Positions 52,613-64,000 of a DNA stretch of 64,000 nucleotides are shown here, piece after piece (position 1 is the first letter of the stretch; each line of letters opens with the position of its first letter). The DNA is from Camelus dromedarius (taxonomy: Eukaryota): assembly GCF_036321535.1 (NCBI RefSeq), contig NC_087436.1, forward strand, positions 109,742,001-109,806,000, written 5' to 3'. The position numbers were made by a program, and so were the translations under genes. Below the pieces are notes generated by a model that ran no database searches, was not told the DNA's origin, and saw only the letters and a program-made list of their open reading frames with translations.

Positions 52613-54316
52613 TCACCAGAATTTGCTTTTAATTATTTAGGTTGTAGCCTTGAGCCTTAAGATTTAAAATTTCTTTGGGGATCTTTATTGTCTTTATTAA
52701 TTGTCAGAGAATGACTCTTGGCTCTCTGTTCCAGAACAACTCTCTCATACTGGATTAGCAGGCCTCCTTTCAGTGTTAGCAAGGTGACTGTGTACTATTA
52801 GTCACCAAATATGACTTTGGACGTTGTAAACTGGGAAGCCTTACATGTCTGCAATTTAAAAGTGTCTCCATTCCTATTTAAAAATTCTATTAGTTATTAT
52901 CCTAATCTCAAATCTTAAATGGAGGTCTTATCAATTTCTACAAATTGTAGGTTGAATAATAAGCCAATTATCACATTTAGTTGGATGTTTCTTACCTGAA
53001 AACATGCATGAGGAGCACCTCCAAATCCACAGCCCCCAAAAGCCCAGATATTCTTTGGTCTAGATCAGTGTATGTTTATGTTTTGCCAATAGCTGTCCTG
53101 CTGTGCGGGAATATTTTTGAAGCTTTGGGCCATAGGCAGGGAGATGTGGGTGTGCCCGAAACCCAGTGATATATGTCAAACATAATAAACAGAAGAAGAA
53201 AATACACAGACAGAGGAGAAGGTCATGTGAAGACAGAGTTCTGTTAGTTGGCCGGGCTTTTGAGGGAACGGGAACAGCCAATGCGTAGTGAGTGTTCTGG
53301 CCCCAAGCCAGGACATCCAGTTTCTTCCAAATATGAGTTCTCTACTTAACAATGAGAAAGCAGTGAGGATTACAGTAGTTCCATTTTTTTGTATTAGAAA
53401 CTTCTCTACTTATCAACATATCCTACCTGATCTAAGATGTGAAAGGCAAGGGTTGGAAGCTCAAATGCTCACAGAAGCAAAATGCACAGGAAATATAAAT
53501 GAACAATGATGATAAAAATTTCTATTTTCACCTAGATGCACTTGACATTTTAAAGGAAAAAAGAAAAAGCACACTTCTTCCCATGCGTATGCAAGTGTGC
53601 TTTCTCACTTATTTTTTTAAATCGCAAAGTCCTCTCTATCATCTACTTTCCCACTTTTAATAGAAACATAGGTAACATTAAATTTGTCCTTCCTCCTGAG
53701 TGTCTCCTACAGAAAACAGCACTAGCACAATAGCAACAACAAGTGGTACTTGACACTCGACCTGATTGTAATGTACACGAGACGCAGTTGTGCGGTTATT
53801 TTAAAACTGGAACTTGCAGGCTCCATCCAAAGGTAGTACTTCTACTCAGTGCCAGATGATTTTTGTCCTGCACTCATATTGGCCAAAATTGCCAGATACT
53901 CCACTCTTTCCAAAGAAGCAGGATGTTCAGAGTGTTGTGTCCCAGGATTTGAATGCTAGTGACTCATTCAATTAATCTAAACATTGTGTAGGCAAATATT
54001 GTGTGGGCCAAACAAAATACATCTGCAGGTGATGGAATACAGGGTACTACTTCTGCTTAGGAAGTCCAAACTAGTTTTATTCTTCCATATTTTCATTCTT
54101 CTTGTGTTTCAAGACCAAGCTCACAGCCTACCTTCTTTGTGAAGAGCTTTTCTTGAATCTCTCCAGATGGTACGTGTTTCACTCCTTTGTCTCACTCCTT
54201 TGTGTTCGCATTATCCCCTCAACAGACCTCAGTCACAGCAGTTATGCAATTTTTCCACTTCTTTCTTTGCCGGTCAATCTCCCATGTTACGCTGGAAGCT
54301 CTTCTAGGTAAGAGAC

Positions 54317-54761
54317 TGTAGTGGGTTGAATCATGCCCCTCAAACTATGTCCACATGCTAAATCTGAGCTCCTGTGAGTTTGGCTTGATTTGGGAAAAGG
54401 ATGTTTATGGATGTAATTAAGTTAAGGATCTCAAAGATGAGAGCATCCTGGATCATCTGGTGTGCTCTAAACCCAGTGACACGTGTCCTTACGACAGACA
54501 GAAGAGGAAAAGACACAGAGGGAGAAGATGGAAGACAAAGGCAGAGATTAGAGAGATGCCGCCACAAGCCAAGGAATGCCTGGAGCCCCCAGACGCTGGG
54601 TGAGACAAGGAAGCATCTTTTCCTAGAGCCTTCAGAGTGAGTGTGTTTGACAGGTTGATCACTGACTCCTGGCCTGCAAAATGTGATAGAAAAAAAATTC
54701 TGTTGTTTTAAGTCACTTCACTTTGGGGGATTTGTTACAGCAGCTCTAAGAAATTAATTCA
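54317..54761 (+). mobile_element. MLT1C MaLR solo LTR nested in L2 (L2 ~54090-54850)
   Basis: 'tgtagtgggttgaat...gatgtaattaagttaaggatctc...gccacaagccaaggaatgcc...tttgttacagcagc'. Confidence 0.92.
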
Positions 54762-55164
54762 GGCACAATGCTTATATAACTCGAAATCCTAACTCCCTGG
54801 CCCAAAGTCTGGCCTTTAGGTGGCAGGCAGGAAATAGATGTGAATTCTTTGGAATCACAAGTATAAATTCTCACTCTTCATGAGCTTATGAGTTTTCTTG
54901 AACATTTGGTGCACTGACATGGAACGTTATTATTCTATTTCTCATAAATAAGTTTCTTAAGTAGACTTAATAAGGCTCAGTAATCAAACAGTAGCAGTTC
55001 ATCAGTGTTGGAAATCTTTCTGTCCCATTCCTCTCGGCAGAAGGCCATGAAGTGTGCCTCTCAATAGGTAAGCAAAGAGAAACAGCTACTTCTTCTGCAT
55101 CAGAGGTACTGTGTAGTATGAAAGATCATCTCTTTCCCAAAGAAAGTTATCATCTTCATTGAAG

Positions 55165-55400
55165 TCAGAATAGCAGAATGCAGCCTGATAACAGAAGACA
55201 CCAATTTGAACCAAAGCACTTCTGGTTACCAGCTGTGAGACCTCGAGTAAATGATTTTATTTCTCTGAGGGAGTCGGGGTAACAGAGGAGGTGATAAACA
55301 CTGTAAGTATTAAAGGATTGGATAGGTTAAAAGTTCTCTGTGAGTATCTGGACTTACAAGGGACTAAAAAAAATGTTACTTGCCTTCTACGGATTTCCAG
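55165..55400 (+). mobile_element. MIR SINE remnant
   Basis: 'tttgaacc...ttaccagctgtgagacctcgagtaaatgattttatttctctgag'. Confidence 0.6.
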
Positions 55401-56091
55401 TACTCTGTTTTCTCTTGATTGAAGAATTAAAGGTTGGGGAAATATATTCACTGAGCCTACTGGTTTAAATTTAAGGGTATTAAGTTAGATTTCCTATTCT
55501 TAAAATGCAATCCAGATTTTCCTTCTCTAATTCCTGAAAAGCTGGCTGGGGGATGGGCAGGCTGAGGAACTGGAACTTTTTCCTACCACGAGGACCATTA
55601 AATCCTGGAGGTGTTATTTCCCTCGCTGAATGTTTTTAAATCGTGTTCTGCCTTGGTTCTATATTTAACGCTCTTCTTCTTGTTGATTGTTAGTTGATGG
55701 TTCTAATCAGTATTATGACTCATAATGAGAAGGTCACAAAGATGAAATCATGTGCCCACAACTAGAGTCACATCAATGCCAAGGCTTTTTGTGAAGAAGC
55801 AGGTCTTGCAAATGGTATTTAGCTTTATCAACTCAGTTTACTCAGCTTGCAAAACATATTCACCACCATGGAGTGTTGTTGGTAATTATGTCGGCCTGTC
55901 CATCAATCTTTCTAAAAGAGAAATATACCCACCATAAGACCTGGAGAAGAAAGCTTTTATCCCATTCCCTGTGAACCATTCTGAAGGCTGAGGAAAGAGC
56001 AGGAAGATTACCAGAGGGCAGCATCTTCAGCTTTGTCAGTCTCGAAAAGGAGCATATGGTACCTTAGGTTATATAACTAATTTGTATTGAT

Positions 56092-56306
56092 TAGTGGTTC
56101 TGAACGGGGAGGATTTTAAATCCCAGATGACATCTGGCAATGTCTACAGACACTTCATTGTCACAACTTGGGAAGAGAGGATGCTCCTGGCATTTAGGGG
56201 GTAGAGGCCAAGGATGCTGAGAAACATCCTGCAACACACAGGTCAGCCCCCAGAACAACAAACTGTACAGCCCAGCATGCGAACAGTGCCCTGGTGGAGA
56301 AACCAG
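56092..56306. mobile_element. MER20 hAT-Charlie MITE, near full length
   Basis: 'agtggttct...gacatctggcaatgtct...gggtagaggccaaggatgctg...aaacatcctgcaa...ggagaaacc'. Confidence 0.9.
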
Positions 56307-56926
56307 AGAATAGGTAAACACAAGAGAAGTGTCTGGAAAGGAGAGCTCACTTAAGCTTGGGACTGACATAGCTGTTATGGGGCACGTGCATGCCAGAGTT
56401 TTAGAGACCAAGAGAGGAAAATAAAATTTTGTGAAGCGAAATAGAGACATGTATTTTCAAAATAATATGCAAAGCAAAATGTGGCATGATTTTGAGCAAT
56501 CAGTGGAGGGTAAGGAAAGAGATATTTGATCTGACACCTGTGTTGCATGTGTTACAATGCCAATAAGGTTATTAAATTGAGGCTGTAGTAAAGGACATGT
56601 TCACTCAAGCACTCTCCTTTGTTATGTAGTACACAGCATTGAATGAGTCACAAAAATGTAAACTTTGTTTGTGTCAACAAGTAAAGGACTGAATTTTGGT
56701 TACTGAGCATTTTCAAATCTTGTCAATTAAGACACAAATGGACCAAACTTGTAGATAAACATAGAAGGAAGCAAGAGGGAGAAGGAAGAGAGAGATGCTA
56801 ACATCCTTATCTAACATCACATCAAGTCTAGAGATACTACTTTTAACTACAGAAAAATCAATAGAGGTTTGAGACTATCATTTAAGGGTAACAGTTTCAC
56901 TAAAAAAGTTTTAACAATCAAAAGGT

Positions 56927-57156
56927 TGTTTGGGATTTGCAGATACAAACTACTATATATAAAATCGGTAAACAACAAAGTCCTACTGTACAGCACAGGG
57001 GAAGCTATATTCAATATCTTGTAATACCCTATAATGAAAAAGAATATGAAAAAGAATACGTAGATGTGTAACTGATCGCTATGTGTAACTGAATCACTAT
57101 GCTGTTGTGTAACTGACCCAACATTGTAAATCAGCAGTACTTCAATTAAAAAAAGA
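56927..57156 (+). mobile_element. L1 3' end (cetartiodactyl-type), 5'-truncated
   Basis: 'gggatttgcagatacaaactactatatataaaa...ctactgtacagcacaggg...acattgtaaatca...cttcaattaaaaaaa'. Confidence 0.9.
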
Positions 57157-57674
57157 AGTTTGGAATGGAAAGGTAGGAACTGGAAGTGAAGGGGCAGCAT
57201 ATTAAGTTGATCATTAATAAAGGTAGCAAAGATATAATTTAGCATTAGAAAGGAAACTTCAGGGGAATAAACAACAAAAAAAAAGAATGATTGTAGCTAA
57301 GAAATGGAGTGTTGGACAGTGATTGTATAATGGATGTGATGGTGGTAGGGGTGGGTCAGACAGGAGGCTTTTTTTTCTTGAAATCATAGGCCATTCCATG
57401 CAATTTCTTTGTTTAATCATGTGCAAGTATTACTTTGGTAACTTTAATAAGGAATTAATAACAATGTGGTCAATTAGGTGAAGGGTTTGAACTTAATACT
57501 CTATAGTCTGTCTCTGACATCCCAGCCATTATAGACTCTCCAGCTGTCCACAGTTAATACCTGTTTTACATAATAGTTGATTTTATAATTAGGGTTCATG
57601 AAGGGTGTCATCTAGGGGAAAAGCTTTTTTCACATATTTTTTTCCCTAGATTTTTAACAACCCTGGGAAAGCTG

Positions 57675-58070
57675 GTTAAGACACTGGGAAAATAAACCCT
57701 GAGATAGATTTGTGTTTCGGAAGTTGGTTGGAGAGTGCTAGGGAGCAACACCTGTGTGGGAGTGAGGAAGCAGGTCCAGGCAGGAGGATGTGGCGAGCTG
57801 CCAGTGGTCGAGCATCCACGGCCAATTCTAGAGGGAATTTTGGGGCTGAGATGGCCTCCCAAAGTTGTCCCAAGCAGAGGCAAGAGGACCTCTCATATCG
57901 ACAGCAGTTGCCTAGAGGCTTGGCCATGGGTGAAGAGGCTTTCTTCAGCTGAGGACAATTCCCCAGAAAGTCAGCCGAGAGCGATAAGCCCCTGACCCTC
58001 CGGTGACTGGGAAAATCTCTGTGTTATTACACTGATCAGGCATGCTGCCTTCAGGATCAGCATAGCCACT
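57675..58070 (-). mobile_element. LTR16-like (ERVL) LTR
   Basis: 'accctgagatagatttgtgt...gagtgct...caacacctgtgtgggagtgaggaagcagg...ctgagatggcc...tcttcagctgaggacaattccc'. Confidence 0.75.
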
Positions 58071-59814
58071 ATAATCTCCAGCAGATAGATGTGGAAACGC
58101 TAGGGCTTTTTATGATTTTAGCCATGTTGACCTCCCCTCACCAACATATCGTATCAAAACACGCATTTTGTAATCTGGCCATGTCCATTTTTCTCTGTTC
58201 CTTTTGAGCAGGCTATGCTTTCCATCTGAGATGTCATTCTCTCTTTTCTTCTCTAAGACTTCCTATAGGTGATCCTTCAGCAATCCTAGGAAAAGTGCTA
58301 GGTGAGGTTTGCTGTCTTTCCATTTAGCCTTCCATATGATGCTGTAAATGTCCTGTGAAATATATTTTTATATATACATAATGTATAAAATACATGTAGA
58401 GATAGATTTTTTTTGGTCCCTCTTACTAGACTTTGAAGCCTCTAAAATTTCAGACTTTCATTCTGGCCTGTTATTGGTTCACTGGCCAGGTTCACTGCTT
58501 TACCTCTAGTAGGTGCTCAACAAACAGATTGCAAATTTCTTGGAAGACAAATGGAAGGCTTGTTTTAAATCCCAAGTCTGATGCTCTATATATTATACTT
58601 CAAATTTTAGGACCTCAGACAAATCCTTTTGTGTGTCTTTCCAGGTGTGCCCTACGCACTTTACAGATTGGATATGAAAAGCGAAATGTACATCTAATAA
58701 TGATGCACACACACTTTAAAGCCAAAGTAAAATGGTCCTATTGTGATTTTTTCCTTATGATTTTGACACCACCATTATAAACCCAACCTCAAGAAACATC
58801 AGCTTCATCACTATAATGTTGCTTGGTTCCAACCACCAGCTGGCATTTACCTCTCTTGACCCATCTCTGTGACTCACTAAGCAGTGAGTTATGCCATTTT
58901 CCTACTATGATAACTGGGACCAAAACAAGACCACTGCAATTGAGTGTTTATTTTCAAATACAGTGTCTATAGGCATCCACATGACTGTGACTTTTCATAC
59001 TATCCCAGTAAATGAAAGAGATTTTCCTCTAAGTTTGCTTTTTTGACATCTGACTCATGCCCAGACTAACATTTTAAGCAACAGGAAACCATGCATCATT
59101 GTCCTGGGTGTATCTCAGATTTAAAGAAAAAAAATTGTGAGGTTGTCTGTCAGAGTCTGGACAAATACTTTCCTCCTGACTATCAATTTGAAGGAGAGAC
59201 AACTCTTGGATTTATCATAAATAGATTTAAATACCTTTATGATTCTTTTCTGCTACTAGAGTAATATAGACTATCAAGAAACAAAAGAAATTGGCATGAA
59301 AAGTTTATTTCATGTAAAGTATATAGATATAGCCATCAACTGTGAACTACTAACTTTATAAAGTATTCGTACTAAGTGGACGTTTGTGAATAATCCTTGA
59401 AAAATCTAAATTTTAACATCTGTCTTTCTCTAAATAAAATATAAAAATCATTGTCCTCTTGAGAGTATTTGTAATATAGATATTCATTGTATGACGATTT
59501 CTAAGTTTATAGCTTTGTATTTCCTTTGGATAGCTTTATAAAACTTGATTTTGCAAAACTTACAAAGGCTATAAAGCCACTGAGTCACAAAATTCTACGA
59601 ACTCCATGAGATATGAATACAGAGATAAATCATACCTAGATTCATTACGGTAAATTTGTTGGATATCAAAAACAAAGGATAAACAAGAGAATCAAGACAT
59701 AGCTTTCAAAGGAGCATAAATACCACACAGACACACACCTGTCAGGTAGCCTCTCGACCAAAACGTTAGAAGTCAGAAGCAATGGTGCACAGTAGTGTCA
59801 ACACGCTGTCAGTA

Positions 59815-60035
59815 AAGCGTAGAGCATGGTGATTAGTACGCCAGGTTTGGTGTTACTGAGTACTGTGATCACAGCCTAGCTGTGCTGCTATCCCGCTGAG
59901 TGACCTTGAACAAAGGTTTTGACCTCTCTGAATCTTAGATTGCACATGTGTAACAAGGAGAAAATAATGATTACTGAGACAAAATGGGATAACTCTGTCT
60001 CTATATATAAAATGTTTAGTGCACTACATGGCATG
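59815..60035 (+). mobile_element. MIR SINE
   Basis: 'gcatggtgattag...ctgagtgaccttgaacaa...acctctctgaatctt'. Confidence 0.7.
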
Positions 60036-60041
60036 CTTTCC

Positions 60042-60560
60042 TATTTTATTTATTTAGTTTTTATGGTAAGATACACATAACACAAAATTCACCATTTTGG
60101 CCATTTTTAAGTGTACAGTTCAGTGACATTAAGTACATTTACATGGTTATACAATCAGTCTGCAGAACTTTTCCATCTTCCTGAACAGAAACGTCATATC
60201 CTTTAAACATGAATTCTCCTCTCCCCCAACTCCAGACCCTGGTGACCACCATTTTGCTTTCTGTCTCTATGAATTTGATTACTCCAGGAACTTCAGGTTT
60301 CCTTCAAGTTGTGGCACGTGTCCGAATCTCCTTCCTTTTCAGAACTGAATAATATTCCATTGTATGTCTGTCCCACATTTTGTCTATCCATTTATCTGTC
60401 CATGGGCACTTAGCTTGCATCCATCTTTTGGCTCCTGTGACTTGCACTGCTATGAACACTGGTGCACAGATACCTGTGAGTCCGTGCTTTGAACTCTTTT
60501 GTGTATATACTCAGAAGTGGGATTGCTGGATCACATAGTTATTTGAGGAACTGTTATATT
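60042..60560 (-). mobile_element. L1MA/L1MB-type 3' UTR
   Basis: 'ccatttttaagtgtacagttcagtgacattaagtacatt', 'ctttctgtctctatgaatttga', 'cagaagtgggattgctggatca'. Confidence 0.9.
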
Positions 60561-60744
60561 TTTAATTATTACTTATAAGTGCCATTACTTGATTCATTAG
60601 ATTAAGAAGAGCATGATGAAAAATAGAAGGTTTGCCACATTACAGTGGATTCAGCACCTGGTCTACACTGTGTATGCAGTAAATCCTTGCTGAGTGAATG
60701 TGTCAGTTTCATTGTGAGCCAGTATACGGTGCACTGAATGTAAA

Positions 60745-60965
60745 GGTAGAACATAGATGTTCAAATCCAAGCAGTCACACAACCCAGCTTTGTGGTCTGG
60801 CTTCTGGGTACTTTAGTCACATAACTTCCCAGGCTTCACTATTATTTCATGTGTAAATGGGAAGAGGAGAAAAGCCCTATTGTGAGAAACAAATGAGTAC
60901 ATTTATGTGAAGACAATCTGAAGTGCTTTGAAGAAACTATGATATTCTCATCAATGTTTAACCGT
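60745..60965 (+). mobile_element. MIR SINE remnant
   Basis: 'gttcaaatcc...agtcacataacttc...catgtgtaaatggg...ttgtgagaaacaaatgag'. Confidence 0.65.
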
Positions 60966-61874
60966 TATTCATCTAAAAACAGATGTTTCAGCATTTTCAC
61001 AAAACGCATGTATTGTGGTCTGACATTCTTTACATAACATTTTTGTAAAGCGTATTTCAAAATGACTTCTGGAGAAAATGATGAATCCTGGTTCTATTCA
61101 CTTACATACTTAAGCACTTCGAAGTACTTTAAGAAATCAAAATATTATTTTTTGGTTACAAATTTTCCTGAACATCAGGGTTGAGGTTACATTAACTATG
61201 TGAAAATGCTGGGGGAGGGGGAAATCTACATAATAATAGAGCTTGAGAAATATATGAGAAGATGAATAATGAAGAAAGATAATTCCTTGCAACTGCATAA
61301 GTGGTGCAAAATGCATCCTTATCTCCTCATTGTTGGGTTTGGGAACCCCACCCCCAACCCCGATGTGGAGTACTAATACAAGGCACTCCGCAGGTCCTTG
61401 GCAGTACTGACACTGTCAGATGTAGGAAAAAGAAACTTAATTGTTATCGTTTTAGAGGAAAAGCTGGGAGACGATAGTATCCTGATTTCCCGAACTCAAG
61501 TAAGGGATGAACAAATAAACTACAGGAAAGTCAGGAGTAGATCTGGACTTCAGAAAGGATTGGAATCATCACTTCCTGATAGGGCATTATAGATCACAGT
61601 TCAGGAGGGGAGACGATCTTGTGACCATATTTGGAAAATAAAGTCTACCACCCCGCTGCAACACGCCCCCACCATGCCCCTTCCTGCCTATCCGTAGCCA
61701 GACTTTTTCTAAGTGTCTGTAGAAACTGAGAGCAGAAATAATCTGGGCTATAAAGTCTTAGAGGAATTCACTGATTCCATGAGTGTTCCTGGGAACATAT
61801 AGTACGTTGTGTGAGATTGAGCTTCAACTCATTAACATAGACAAAGCCATGACCGTTGAAACCATACTTGAAGG

Positions 61875-62095
61875 TATCATTGACTAGGCGCTTCCTTTGT
61901 GACAGAAATGCCACTGAAAACATTGCACATAGCTATTTTAAAATTCAATCTTCACAGCAATTCTCAGAAATAAGGGCTTGGAACCTCCTTTCACAGGTGA
62001 GGAAGTTGAAGCTGTAAGAGTTTAAATAACTTTGTGGTGGATCTGTGTCATGAATCTGGGTCCACCTGAGAGCAAAGTTTATATTCTTATATTAC
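61875..62095 (-). mobile_element. MIR SINE
   Basis: 'tcaatcttcacagcaattct...tttcacaggtgaggaagttgaagct...tttaaataactt'. Confidence 0.7.
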
Positions 62096-62114
62096 CTTAT
62101 AAACCTCGTGTATA

Positions 62115-62152
62115 TGTGTGTGTGTGTGAGTGTGTGTACATGTGTGTGTGTG
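62115..62152. repeat. Imperfect (TG)n microsatellite
   Basis: Direct reading. Confidence 0.85.
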
Positions 62153-63696
62153 TAACTGGACCACATACATGAACTCGTGGGACTTGGCAACCATGTTCCC
62201 CAACTCTCACATATTCAGCATAGTTCTCACTGACTTCCCACATCAAACACCCACTCTTGATATCAAATCCCAAATCCCATGTACTTAGTGCCCATCCAGG
62301 AGGGCCTTCCCACTCCAACCCCAACCCCCTTCAAATATATATATGTACATAAATTTTAAGAGCAGCAAGTCACTTTTTATGAATTTTTCCAGTGCCCTGA
62401 CCTTCATGACATCTTGTTGTGCAGAAATACCCAAACTACATAATCACGGTTCTAGCTATCTAACTATGTCACAAAGACAAAGAGTGGCTTACATAACATG
62501 GAATTCAAAGTATTGGGATGGACAGGAGCTGTCATCATTAGCTAGCAAACCAAATGGCAAGGAATATAGGACAATGCAGTCTGCCTCGGTCCAGGCCTAG
62601 CTTGGGCTAAGCTCATGGCCTGATATAACCTACCTCAATCCCATCTAAATATTCTTACTTTATGAGGCCAGAAAAAAATCTCTCTATAGAAATGACAAGC
62701 AAATTCTGTTATGCCTGTCATCAATATGGGTTTAATGACTGGTCCTCTGACACGATTATTTCTATACTATGCACCACACTAATTGTGTTTTTATTCTCTA
62801 CCCTCTGCCCACTCAACCCATCTCCTCATCGCCTATATAAAAGTTGTAAATGGTCTATTTAACAAAAATTAAATAGTTTATTCATTATGTTAATTTAGCT
62901 TACTTTAAAGGCCTATAAGACATGTCCATATTCAATCTGTTTAATATAATTCCAACTATTAATTCAACTTCCTATTTTTCCTAATATCCAGAGGTTACAC
63001 AGATATCATTATTTTCTATGAAAACTATTTGGAAGTTCAGGTATTATAAAAATAGAAAAATAAGTTAATAGAGAAGTAGAAAGTTTTCTAATGTCATAAT
63101 GCTAGTAATAATAATAGTAATAATAATGCTCATTTTGATAATGGTCATTAAAAAAAACCAAGGGATACATTATTCTTATTATTAGATCTATCTCTAAAGG
63201 TGCAATTGTATATAGTAAAATATTCAAACATTTTTGAAACAACATTTTACATGATTACTTACAGTTTCATAATTTTTAACTATACGGTATAGACTATTAC
63301 CTTTTGGGTATATTTGACTTGCTTTATATTTCTGGGATACAAAATTAGCTCAAAGAAATTTCTACTTTCATTTTTTCTAGTTTACAAATGAAAACTGAAG
63401 GTTAGTCAAAGGAAAACAGCTTTCAGGGAGAAAGATATTCTAAACAAACCAGAACAGCTGCCTTTTCCGAGAAACCCAGGCCCAGGGGCAACTCCAACAT
63501 GGCCAGTAGAACTACACCTGGAACCAGGAGGGGAGAGAGATGCCCCTACGAGCAAAGTGTCCCGAGGCCAGTGCTTGGCTCTGTGACTGGCCTCCAAAGA
63601 AGAGAAAGGTTTTTAAGAGCAGAGATAAGTTGCACCCTTTTTCGTATTGAATCAGCAATGAACGGAATATTGTGATTAGAAGTTCAGAATACCACC

Positions 63697-63720
63697 AAAA
63701 AAAAAAAAAAAAAAAAAAAA
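63697..63720 (+). repeat. Poly(A)24 tract
   Basis: Direct reading. Confidence 0.95.
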
Positions 63721-64000
63721 GAACGAATATTCTCACTCAATCAATTTCTGCTCCGTGAGATTTCCTCATTTGTTAATTACCGTGACCACTTTTACTGGAA
63801 CTTCATTTTCCCCTGAACCTTCACAGGTTCATCAAGGAGTATGTTGTGGCAGGAATTAGTGAAAAAGAAATATAAACCGAAAGGAACGGGATCAAATTCT
63901 TTATGATAAAAGTCCTGTGTGGAGTCATGCGGTTAAAACGTAAACAGTACCTTACATTTCTACCAAAGTCGTCTTTATTACACAGGTTTCTTGGTGTCGT

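Noticed and set aside
52985..53240. Minus-strand exon suggested by the strong donor 'cttacctg'
   Set aside because: No convincing matching acceptor; the nearby purine tract is a short MLT1C-like fragment.

Overview
Mammalian nuclear DNA: AT-rich, CpG-depleted and repeat-dense, with no recognisable protein-coding gene, RNA gene or prokaryotic element. Two tRNA-derived SINEs resembling Vic-1 and young L1 3' ends indicate a camelid genome (alpaca, llama or camel). The window is intronic or intergenic. It is a layered mosaic of ancient repeats (MIR, L2, L3/CR1, HAL1/L1M, MLT1/MLT2/LTR16, MER5/MER20/MER53/MER82), a MER41-like solo LTR, young retroinsertions with visible target-site duplications (TSDs), and microsatellites. 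Several repeat-free blocks may be regulatory. The most unusual item is a ~80 bp telomere-like array with an 18-bp higher-order period, an A-tail and a flanking duplication (31543-31649). Also notable are a 5'-inverted (twin-primed) L1, an L1 nested in MER82, and two well-formed candidate + strand exons that join in frame. Repeat family names come from recalled consensus sequences, not from a search, and most ancient-repeat boundaries are approximate. I found no convincing evidence for a new multi-gene system.
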